Below are positions 31,912-40,142 of a stretch of DNA of 64,000 nt, piece by piece. Source of the DNA: Sedimentisphaerales bacterium (lineage in GTDB: Bacteria; Planctomycetota; Phycisphaerae; Sedimentisphaerales; Anaerobacaceae); NCBI GenBank assembly GCA_963708075.1, contig OY970194.1, forward strand, positions 2,208,001-2,272,000, given 5' to 3'. Position 1 is the stretch's first letter, and each line of letters starts with the position of its first letter. The notes below the pieces were generated by a model that did not search any database, was not told the origin of the DNA, and worked only from the letters and a program-made list of their open reading frames with translations. The position numbers and the translations under genes were made by a program.

Positions 31912-32331
31912 ATGTCCGACTTGAAGAACCGTATCCTGGGGATTCTTCAGCAGCCGCAACTGGCCGGGTTGGCAACGATCACGCAGGACGGCAAGCCTTG
32001 GGTCCGCTATGTCATGACTGTCGCCTCCCCGGACATGACGATCCGCTGCGCAACGTTCGTCAATGCCCGCAAAGTAAAGCAGATCGCCAGGAATCCGGAG
32101 GTCCATCTGACCTGCGGAATCACCGATCCGCAAAAGATGGCCCCCTACCTGCAGATCCAGGGCCGGGCGACCCTCAATACGAGCCGGGAGGCGCGCCACG
32201 GCTTCTGGACCGATATGCTCGCGCCGATCTTCTCCGGCCCGGACGATCCCAACTACGGCATCCTTGAGATCGTGCCCTACTGCATCGAATACGTCACGGG
32301 CATCGAGCCGGAGGTGTGGAGGGCTGAATGA
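31912..32331 (+). CDS. Pyridoxamine 5'-phosphate oxidase family protein
   Basis: LATITQDGKPWVR, RKVKQIARNPEV and GPDDPNY. Confidence 0.85.
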   Translation: MSDLKNRILGILQQPQLAGLATITQDGKPWVRYVMTVASPDMTIRCATFVNARKVKQIARNPEVHLTCGITDPQKMAPYLQIQGRATLNTSREARHGFWTDMLAPIFSGPDDPNYGILEIVPYCIEYVTGIEPEVWRAE

Positions 32332-32379
32332 CGTCGCGGGCATGATGCCCTTGCATGACATGACCGAAAGGAGAATCCA

Positions 32380-32664
32380 ATGACCGAGGGAGCAATCGCC
32401 GGCGGCGTTGCAGCCGCTGCTATCGCCAATGCCATCCGGGCCTTCGGGGCCATCGTCACCGTGGAGTCGCGAGACTTCGAGGCGATCCTCATGAGGTCGG
32501 AGGCGCCGCTCATCGTGTCTGCCCAAGGCGGACTCTTCTCCACTCACTACCAGTATTTGATGGCCTACAAGGGTCTCTTTTTCTACACGAGGACCCAGAC
32601 TCCCCTGCCGTTCGCACCCAATGTCGAGATCATAAACGCAAAGAAAATCCTGCTTCCCGGCTGA
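32380..32664 (+). CDS. Hypothetical protein (94 aa)
   Basis: AAGGAG RBS and coding-like composition. Confidence 0.7.
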   Translation: MTEGAIAGGVAAAAIANAIRAFGAIVTVESRDFEAILMRSEAPLIVSAQGGLFSTHYQYLMAYKGLFFYTRTQTPLPFAPNVEIINAKKILLPG

Positions 32665-32701
32665 CTGATCCGCTTGCGATAGAGACGAGTCCACAGAACC
32701 G

Positions 32702-32779
32702 GGGTGCCATGCTTACGCTTGCGTAAGCATGTCTGGAGCACAAGCAGAAGATGTCCATGCAAGCATGGACCTGGCACCC
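32702..32779. repeat. GGTGCCATG-type REP doublet
   Basis: gggtgccatgcttacgcttgcgtaagcatg...atgtccatgcaagcatggacctggcaccc; related copies at 37412-37442 and 42447-42524. Confidence 0.85.
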
Positions 32780-32860
32780 GGCTTTCGCTTGGGTGGCATC
32801 GGCACGCGCAGCTTGCCGATGGTTTGTCCGTTCGCCGCCGACGGAACCATGCCGTGCCGC

Positions 32861-33850
32861 TCAACTGATCCGCTTGCGATAGAGGCGGGTTTGCAGGGCG
32901 TTCTGCCAGGCGGTCCAGTTCGATTCGCTCAGCTCCCCCGTGATGGCCGACGTCACCTGGTCCATCTTGGCGTCGAGGTCGTCGAGGTAGTAGACCATGA
33001 AGGCCTCCGCCGTCGCGGGCAGTTTCGGCGAGCCGAACTCGAAGGACCCGTGGTGAGAGAGAATGATGTGACTGAGTGAGTCCACGACTTCCGGGTCGAT
33101 CTTGACGCCCCGGGCCCGCAGCGCGTCCACCTTGCGCTGGATCATCAGGAAGCTCTTGGTGATGTGCCCGATGAGCTGGCCTGAGTCCGTGTAGGAGAAG
33201 GCCATGTCGTAGGCCAGTTCCTCCGTCTTGCCGATGTCGTGCAGGAAAACGCCGGCCAGAACCAGGTCCGCCTGCACCTGCGGGTACAGCGGCAGGATGC
33301 TCTTGGCGACGCGGAGCATGTTGTGCGTGTGCTCCAGGAGGCCGCCGATGCAGTCGTGGTGCAGCTTCATGCCGCCGGGGGCGTTGCAGAAGCTCGCCAT
33401 CAGGGCCTCGTCGGCCAGGAACTCGCAGGTGATGGCGGCAAGCTGCGGGTGCCGGATGCTCCCGACGATGTCCTTGACCTCCTTGAACATCTGGCCGCAG
33501 TCCTTGGGCGTCCGCGCCAGGTAGTGTTCCACGTTGACCTTGCTCGGATCGACCGTTACAACGCTATTCACCACAACCTGCAGGTTGTTCTGATACAGCT
33601 CGCTCCGGCCCTGGACGTGCACAAACCCCGGCTTGGGCAAGCCCTTATAGACCGCCTCCGTCGCCTGCCACATCCGCGCATTCAACTGCCCCGTGCGGTC
33701 GCACAGGAACATGGCGATATACAGGTCCCCTCGCGTCGTGCTGCGAAGAATCGGCTCGCGAACCACGTACACCCCGTTAACGACCTCCCCCGGCCCGATC
33801 TCATTGACAAACTTATGTGCTGCTGGTGCCTGCGCCATCATCGACTCCAT
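32861..33850 (-). CDS. YhaM-family 3'-5' exoribonuclease (OB fold + HD domain)
   Basis: DRTGQLNARMW, HHDCIGGLLEH, LHDIGK, ILSHHG.FEFGSP and LDDLDAK. Confidence 0.88.
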   Translation of the reverse strand: MESMMAQAPAAHKFVNEIGPGEVVNGVYVVREPILRSTTRGDLYIAMFLCDRTGQLNARMWQATEAVYKGLPKPGFVHVQGRSELYQNNLQVVVNSVVTVDPSKVNVEHYLARTPKDCGQMFKEVKDIVGSIRHPQLAAITCEFLADEALMASFCNAPGGMKLHHDCIGGLLEHTHNMLRVAKSILPLYPQVQADLVLAGVFLHDIGKTEELAYDMAFSYTDSGQLIGHITKSFLMIQRKVDALRARGVKIDPEVVDSLSHIILSHHGSFEFGSPKLPATAEAFMVYYLDDLDAKMDQVTSAITGELSESNWTAWQNALQTRLYRKRIS

Positions 33851-34293
33851 TTATGCCCACTATTTCCAACGCGGGCCTCATCATAGTTGCGCCTCCCCCT
33901 CGCTGGCAAGAAATGATTCCGGGAAAGGTCAAAGATTGGGTTGCACACACACGGATCACGTTTTTCGCGTTTCGGGTACCAGCGGGGAAGAGGGAGGCCT
34001 GGCATCATGCCGAGCCTTCCCCACTGCATACCACCGGCCTCGGCGCTCGGGTCGCTCGCCAGCGTTGCCACCTGCCTTCGCAGGGCAGGCTCTATCCTCC
34101 GGGCCGGCACAAGCAGTCTACCACGGTGCAGCACGCCCCACCAACCTCCCTACTGGTACCCACAAAGCGAAAAACGCACCTCGGCTTCCTATTGGGCGTC
34201 GCGACGCGGATGGGCCGAGGCCGGAGATGAAGTCCCCGTTCCGCGACGCGGCATCAGGCTCGAATTGACTATCCTCTTCTCCAAGACTCACAT

Positions 34294-34394
34294 GCCGAAC
34301 GCCCGCGTTCGCTTGCCGGGCCGGCAACAAGGAACGCGATGTCCAGGAGAATGATCGTAATGCCGGGCCGGTCAAGTGCAACGCCTCGTTCGAC
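34294..34394 (-). mobile_element. Integron attC site (101 bp)
   Basis: Minus strand: R'' GTCGAAC, 5 nt, L'' GTTGCACTTGACCGG ... L' CCGGCAAGCGAAC, 6 nt, R' GTTCGGC. Extrahelical bases are in the expected positions, and it starts 6 nt after a stop codon. Confidence 0.8.
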
Positions 34395-34400
34395 GGCCCT

Positions 34401-35171
34401 TCAGTGGCCTTCCGCATCCCAGTCGTGCTGGTACTTCACCCGGTCACCGATACCAGCCCAACCACAATAGATGTTGCTATCCTTCGGGTCGGAGTCGAGA
34501 ATCTCGACTTGGCCGACGACTTGAAGCCGATCCTTCGCCTTACGAAAACCAATTGGCGGATACCAAGCGACATCCATTTCGTTGTCCCAACTGTGGTGAG
34601 TGAGAACGAGCCATTTCCGCTTGCGAAAAACCTCCATCGTCGGTCTGTCTCCTGAAAGATAGTCCAACATCGCGACGAGGTTCTTTCCACACTCCTCGAT
34701 GGAATGGTCAGCCGCCAGGACAATTGCTGCCGCGTATTGTCCCTCTGCCAATTGGATACTCAGACAATCGCCCGGCCGAAACTTAGGTGCTCGAATTACG
34801 GTGTTCGGCGGTTTCTTTGGTCGCGGATTTGGGGCCCCGATCTTCCTGATGAATTTTTCAAGCGCCGCTCGCCGGCGTGCAAGCCCACGCCGGTCCTCTT
34901 CCCACGCAAGCATGCTCCGGCCAGAAGCAAAGTCATCCTTGACGCGCTCAAGGACAGAAGCTTCCAATCCGCCATACGTCCATTGCATATCTGCCAGCGC
35001 GAGCCAAAAAAGCGGCCCATCGTTCGAGTCCTTAATCGCCCCGCCGAATTGTAACTCTACGGCCTTTGTAGCGTCGGCGACGCTCTTGCCGGCTTTCAAG
35101 AGATCCTCAAAAACGCCGATAACGTCGCAAACGAAATCGTCCTGTCGAATGCCATACCCCCACGCGCCCAT
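34401..35171 (-). CDS. Gene-cassette hypothetical protein (MGAWG N-terminus; possible immunity-like C-terminus)
   Basis: MGAWGYGIRQDD...FWLALADMQW...FRPGDCLSI; lower GC than neighbours; bounded by GTTCGAC at 35191-35197 and the attC. Confidence 0.75.
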   Translation of the reverse strand: MGAWGYGIRQDDFVCDVIGVFEDLLKAGKSVADATKAVELQFGGAIKDSNDGPLFWLALADMQWTYGGLEASVLERVKDDFASGRSMLAWEEDRRGLARRRAALEKFIRKIGAPNPRPKKPPNTVIRAPKFRPGDCLSIQLAEGQYAAAIVLAADHSIEECGKNLVAMLDYLSGDRPTMEVFRKRKWLVLTHHSWDNEMDVAWYPPIGFRKAKDRLQVVGQVEILDSDPKDSNIYCGWAGIGDRVKYQHDWDAEGH

Positions 35172-35330
35172 CGAAGACTCCACATTGGCTGTCGAACAAT
35201 GATTATACAGTCCGTATAGAAGGGAAACGCAGACTGTCTCTTTCTGTATAAGAAGGTCCCGACTCTTCTCACAGTTCCTTTAAAATCTTTCATTCCAACG
35301 GATTACTGACTTCCTCTTCATCGACCGCTC

Positions 35331-35364
35331 CCGGTTTATACAGACTGTAAACTGTATAAACCGG
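35331..35364. repeat. Perfect 13-8-13 inverted repeat
   Basis: ccggtttatacag-actgtaaa-ctgtataaaccgg. Confidence 0.85.
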
Positions 35365-35607
35365 CCTGCAACTGAGCACACTTTCACCCAAACGTGTACT
35401 TGGGGCGCCGCCGACATCCGATTCTCCTTCAGCTATGTGAAAGAGCGTAGCACGGCAGGTCCTGCGAAGTCAACCAAGAAGCTCTTGAGCCAACTCTTGC
35501 GTGATTGTCGCACCTGCCGCTTGCGTCGGGGGGCAGTTTCGGCTATAAGGATGGGCTCTTTCGGAGTCTAGGTGGCATAGAATAGATGGTGGAATTCGAG
35601 GCAGGAC

Positions 35608-37344
35608 ATGCGATATAGCCAGATGTTGATCCCGACGGTCAAAGAGGTGCCGGCGGAGGCGGAAATCACGAGTCACAAGCTGATGATCCGGGCGGGTCTG
35701 ATCCGCAAGGTGGCCAGCGGCACGTACACGTATCTGCCGCTGGGCTGGCGGACGCTCAAGAAGATCATCGCCATCGTCCGCGAGGAGATGGACCGGGCCG
35801 GAGCGCAGGAGATCATCGTGCCCTGCCTGCAGCCGCTGGAGCTATGGCAGCAGACCGGGCGAAGCGAGGATTACGGCGAGACCATGTTCCGACTCGAAGA
35901 TCGTCACGGCCGACTGAACGTGCTTGGCCCGACCGCCGAGGAGGTCTTCACGTTCCACGCGGCCGCGGAGCTCAATTCCTACAAGCAACTGCCGGTCAAC
36001 CTGTATCAGATCACGCCGAAGTTCCGCGATGAGTTTCGCCCGCGGTTCGGCGTCCTGCGGTCGCGCGAGTTCATCATGAAGGACGCGTACAGCTTCGACG
36101 CGACGCCCGAGAGCCTGCACAAGTCGTACATGGCGATGTACAACGCTTATTGCCGCGTCTTCCAGCGTTGCGGCGTCGAGTACGTGATCGTCGAGGCCGA
36201 GTCCGGGGAGATGGGCGGCACCGGCTCGCACCAGTTCACGATCCCCTGCGAGAACGGCGAGGACACTATCGTGTACACCGCCGACGGCTCCTATGCGGCG
36301 AACTTGGAAAAGGCCGCGGTCGATCCGCTGCCCAAGGAGCCGGCCCGCGATGTTCCACCACCGCAGGATGTGCACACGCCAAACGTTGGCACTATTGAGG
36401 CCGTCTGTGGGTTCCTCAAGACCCAGCCCCGGGACATGATTAAGACGCTCATCTTCGACGCACGTGGCCAGACCGTGGCGGCTCTCGTTCGGGGCGATCA
36501 CGAGCTAAACCCGGAGAAACTGACACAGGCGCTCGGCGGCGTACACGTCGAGCTGGCCGAGCCGGCGATCATCGAGCGTGTCACCGGCGCGAAGGTCGGC
36601 TTTGCGGGTCCTGTGGGATTGGCCGGCCGCGTATTCAAGATGATCGTCGATCACGCGGTCGCCGCGATGGCCGTCGGCGTCACCGGCGCCAACAAGACGG
36701 ACTATCATACAAAGAATGTCGTTCCCGGTCGGGACTTCCCGCTGTCGGGCGACAATGTCGTCGTGGCCGACATCCGCATGGCTCAGCCGAGCGACAAGCA
36801 TAACGGCGTTCCCGTGCTCTTCAAAAAGGGCATCGAGGTCGGGCAGGTCTTCAAGCTTGGCACGAAATACAGCCAAAAGCTCGGCGCCAACTTCAAAGAC
36901 GAAAGCGGCGAGCTGCACCCCTGCCTCATGGGCTGCTACGGCATCGGCATCAACCGCATCATGGCCTCCGCCATCGAGCTGTACAACGACGGGAACGGGA
37001 TCATCTGGCCGATTTCCATCGCCCCGTTCGAGGTGATCGTGACGCCGGTGAATCAGGACGACCCCGATGTCGTCAGGGTCGCGGAAGAGCTTCACCGCAC
37101 GCTCACCGAGGCCGGCGTGGAGGTGCTGCTGGACGACCGCGACCTTCGCGGCGGCATCAAGTTCAAGGATGCCGACCTGATCGGCATCCCCGTCCGGGTC
37201 ACGGTCGGCAAGAAGTCCGTGGTCGAGGGCAACGTCGAGGTCAAGCTGCGGGCGAAGCCCGAGAGCGAAAAGATCGCCATCGACAAAGCGGCGGAGAAGG
37301 TCATGGAACTGGTCCGGTCGCTCAAAGAGAAGGTGAATGCATAG
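35608..37344 (+). CDS. proS: Proline--tRNA ligase
   Basis: SHKLMIRAG, KFRDEFRPRFGVLRSREFIMKDAYSF, editing insertion, GIEVGQVFKLG and MGCYGIG. Confidence 0.97.
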   Translation: MRYSQMLIPTVKEVPAEAEITSHKLMIRAGLIRKVASGTYTYLPLGWRTLKKIIAIVREEMDRAGAQEIIVPCLQPLELWQQTGRSEDYGETMFRLEDRHGRLNVLGPTAEEVFTFHAAAELNSYKQLPVNLYQITPKFRDEFRPRFGVLRSREFIMKDAYSFDATPESLHKSYMAMYNAYCRVFQRCGVEYVIVEAESGEMGGTGSHQFTIPCENGEDTIVYTADGSYAANLEKAAVDPLPKEPARDVPPPQDVHTPNVGTIEAVCGFLKTQPRDMIKTLIFDARGQTVAALVRGDHELNPEKLTQALGGVHVELAEPAIIERVTGAKVGFAGPVGLAGRVFKMIVDHAVAAMAVGVTGANKTDYHTKNVVPGRDFPLSGDNVVVADIRMAQPSDKHNGVPVLFKKGIEVGQVFKLGTKYSQKLGANFKDESGELHPCLMGCYGIGINRIMASAIELYNDGNGIIWPISIAPFEVIVTPVNQDDPDVVRVAEELHRTLTEAGVEVLLDDRDLRGGIKFKDADLIGIPVRVTVGKKSVVEGNVEVKLRAKPESEKIAIDKAAEKVMELVRSLKEKVNA

Positions 37345-37411
37345 AAACCATCGGCAAGCATTCGCTTGCCGCTGCCACCCGATAGTGTAAAGTGACATAG
37401 TCTTGTGATGT

Positions 37412-37442
37412 GGGTGCCATGCTTACGCTTGCGTAAGCATGT
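37412..37442. repeat. GGTGCCATG-type REP copy
   Basis: 31 nt identical to 32702-32732. Confidence 0.85.
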
Positions 37443-37500
37443 TTTGGTTACCGAGTTGGGCATGCATCCGTTGCGACGGGTGCGGAATGACACAGTACGT

Positions 37501-37568
37501 GTAGGGTGTGCACCGCACACCTTGGTTTTGTCTGGTCGATGGAGAGTGGTGTGCAATGCACACCCTAC
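37501..37568. repeat. GTAG-type REP doublet (third GTAG family)
   Basis: gtagggtgtgcaccgcacacc ... ggtgtgcaatgcacaccctac. Confidence 0.85.
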
Positions 37569-37582
37569 GAAGGAGAAGACCG

Positions 37583-38470
37583 ATGAATAGCAGTCAATCG
37601 ACACGAAGAAGCTTTATCCGCAATACGTCCCTGCTGGCGGCCGGGGCAGTCGTCACACGGCTGACCGGCAGTGCCGCCGCGGCGATTGATCTCGATAAGG
37701 TCGAGACTGTCGCCACCAAGGGGCGCATCAACCAGTCCGTGAGCCAGTGGTGCTATGGCAAATGGTCACTCGATGAGCTCTGCCAGGTCTCCAAGAAGCT
37801 GGGGCTCAAGGCCATCGATCTGCTTGGGCCGGCCCAATTCGAGACGGTCAAGAAGTACGGGCTGGTCGTCTCCATGGTCAACAGCCATTCGCTGACCGAC
37901 GGTCTGGCCGACAAGAAGTTCCACGAGGCGTGCCTGGCCAAGCTGCGCGAGACAATCGACGCGACCTCGGCGGCGGGATTCCCGAACGTGATCTCGTTCT
38001 CCGGCAATCGCCGGGGCATTCCCGACGACGTCGGTATCGAGAACTCCGTCGAGGCTCTCAAGAAGATCGTCGGCTATGCGGAGCAGAAGAAGGTCACGAT
38101 CGTGCTGGAGTACCTCAACAGCAAGGTCAACCACAAGGACTACATGTTCGACAAGACCGCCTGGGGGGCGGAGGTCTGCAAGCGCGTCGGCTCCGAGCGG
38201 GTGAAAATTCTGTACGATATCTACCACGCCCAGATCATGGAAGGCGACGTCATCCGCACGATCCAGACGTACAAAGACTACATCGGGCATTACCACACCG
38301 GCGGCAATCCCGGCCGCAACGAGATCGATGACACGCAGGAGCTCTACTACCCGGCCATTATGCGGGCCATCGCGGAGACCGGCTTCAAGGGCTACGTCGC
38401 CCACGAGTTCGTCCCGAAGCAGGACCCGCTGACCTCGCTGACCTACGCCGCCCGCATCTGCGACGTCTGA
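37583..38470 (+). CDS. Hydroxypyruvate isomerase-family TIM barrel with a Tat signal
   Basis: TRRSFI Tat motif, LEYLNSKVNHKDY, LYDIYHAQIMEGD and HYHTGGNPGRNEID. Confidence 0.9.
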   Translation: MNSSQSTRRSFIRNTSLLAAGAVVTRLTGSAAAAIDLDKVETVATKGRINQSVSQWCYGKWSLDELCQVSKKLGLKAIDLLGPAQFETVKKYGLVVSMVNSHSLTDGLADKKFHEACLAKLRETIDATSAAGFPNVISFSGNRRGIPDDVGIENSVEALKKIVGYAEQKKVTIVLEYLNSKVNHKDYMFDKTAWGAEVCKRVGSERVKILYDIYHAQIMEGDVIRTIQTYKDYIGHYHTGGNPGRNEIDDTQELYYPAIMRAIAETGFKGYVAHEFVPKQDPLTSLTYAARICDV

Positions 38471-38490
38471 AAGGACACCGATCAGACAAC

Positions 38491-39042
38491 ATGTGGGAAC
38501 TCAAGGAGCCCAGACCGGTCAAGCTGATCACAGGCATTCTCGCAGCCGACGAGCCATGCCTGGCGGCGGCAAGGAGCAGCCTGGAATCTGCCATCGGCCG
38601 GATCGACCTGGTCAGCGATATCTGGCCCTTCGAGCAAACGAGCTACTACGCGGACGAGATCGGCCCGCGGATTTTCAGGCAATTCGTCAGCTTCGCCCAG
38701 CTCATCGATCCGGGCGACCTGGCCGATATCAAGCACCGGACGAACACCATCGAGCAGGAGTTGGCCAGGTCTCTTGCCCTGCCCGTGCCCCGGCCGGTCA
38801 ACCTCGATCCGGGAATTATCGAGCCCTCCAAGCTTGTCCTGGCGACAACCAAGAATTATTCTCACCGTATATACATCGGCAAGCAGATGTATGCCGAAGT
38901 AACTCTGGTGTACGACAAAGGCGTCTGGCGGCCCCTGCCGTACACATACCCGGACTACCGTAGTCCGCCGTATTTCGACTTTTTTACAAAGGTTCGAGGC
39001 CGGCTCCTCGAGCAATTGAGGGCCATGGCTCGGGAACAATGA
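38491..39042 (+). CDS. DUF4416 family protein
   Basis: TSYYADEIG, RPVNLDPG, LATTKNYSHRIY and YTYPDY. Confidence 0.85.
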   Translation: MWELKEPRPVKLITGILAADEPCLAAARSSLESAIGRIDLVSDIWPFEQTSYYADEIGPRIFRQFVSFAQLIDPGDLADIKHRTNTIEQELARSLALPVPRPVNLDPGIIEPSKLVLATTKNYSHRIYIGKQMYAEVTLVYDKGVWRPLPYTYPDYRSPPYFDFFTKVRGRLLEQLRAMAREQ

Positions 39043-40142
39043 TGCTGATTCTACTGGCGGCAGGTTTACTCGTCGGCTCCATGGCCTGTTCGGCGGTCTT
39101 GACGGCCGTGGCCAAGAAGGTGGCCCTGCGTGTCGGCCTCGTCGCGCATCCAAAGGCGGACAGGTACCACCGCTCGGTGATCCCGCTGGGCGGCGGCATC
39201 GCCATTTTCTGCACGCTGGCCCTGTTCCTTGTTGGGGGGGCAGCAGCCATGCAGAGTCGTTGGGCCCACGGCCTGCACTTCTTCATAGGACCTTTTGGCG
39301 CCTGGCCAGCCAACTTCCTGCACCACACAAATGAGCTCCTTGCGATTCTGCTCTGCGCCACGATCCTGTTCTTCGTGGGTCTCTGGGATGATAAGCGAGC
39401 CCTGGGGCCATACATCAAGCTGGCCTTCCAGTTCGGTGTGGCTTTCCTGGCCGCGTGGCTCGGCGACGTTCGCGTGGAATTCTTCATTCAGAACACCATC
39501 GTCACGTCCATGCTCTCGGCCTTCTGGATCGTCCTGCTTGTCAACGCGTTCAACTTCCTCGATAACATGGATGGGGCGTCGGCCGGAATCGCGGCAATTG
39601 CCAGCGCTGCCCTGCTCACCGCCGCGGCGTTCAATGGGCAGATCTTTGTCGGTGGCCTGGCCATCGTCTTCATTGGGGCGTTGCTCGGATTTCTCGTCTT
39701 CAACTTCCCGCCGGCCTCGATCTTCATGGGCGATGCGGGCTCGCTCGTCGTCGGCTTCTTCGTCGCCCTGCTGACGCTTCGCACCGACTATTATCAGCAG
39801 GCGCAGAGCGGCTCCTGGTACCCCATCCTGCTGCCTCTGATCGCCGTCGCCGTGCCTCTCTATGATTTCACCAGCGTCACGCTGCTGCGAATCAGCCAGG
39901 GCAAGAGCCCCTTCGTCGGCGACACCCAGCATTTCTCACACCGTCTCCGGCGGCGAGGGCTGACGGACCGGCAGACCGCCCTGACCTTGTACCTCGCCAC
40001 GCTGTGCACCGGCCTGGGAGCGACATTCCTGTACCAGGTGAACCTCGTCGGCGCGATCCTCATCGTGATCCAGACGTGCCTGATCCTGGCCATCATTGGA
40101 GTCTTCGAGACCACCGTTCGCAATGAGCCGAAAGACAGCTAA
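39039..40142 (+). CDS. MraY/WecA-family glycosyltransferase (undecaprenyl-phosphate GlcNAc-1-P transferase)
   Basis: PLGGGIA, GLWDD, NAFNFLDNMDG, FNFPPASIFMGDAG and GDTQHFSHRL. Confidence 0.9.
   Translation: MMLILLAAGLLVGSMACSAVLTAVAKKVALRVGLVAHPKADRYHRSVIPLGGGIAIFCTLALFLVGGAAAMQSRWAHGLHFFIGPFGAWPANFLHHTNELLAILLCATILFFVGLWDDKRALGPYIKLAFQFGVAFLAAWLGDVRVEFFIQNTIVTSMLSAFWIVLLVNAFNFLDNMDGASAGIAAIASAALLTAAAFNGQIFVGGLAIVFIGALLGFLVFNFPPASIFMGDAGSLVVGFFVALLTLRTDYYQQAQSGSWYPILLPLIAVAVPLYDFTSVTLLRISQGKSPFVGDTQHFSHRLRRRGLTDRQTALTLYLATLCTGLGATFLYQVNLVGAILIVIQTCLILAIIGVFETTVRNEPKDS

Noticed and set aside
33900..34293. Second cassette or attC downstream of the attC
   Set aside because: Only short GC hairpins; no matching R''/R' pair and no credible ORF.
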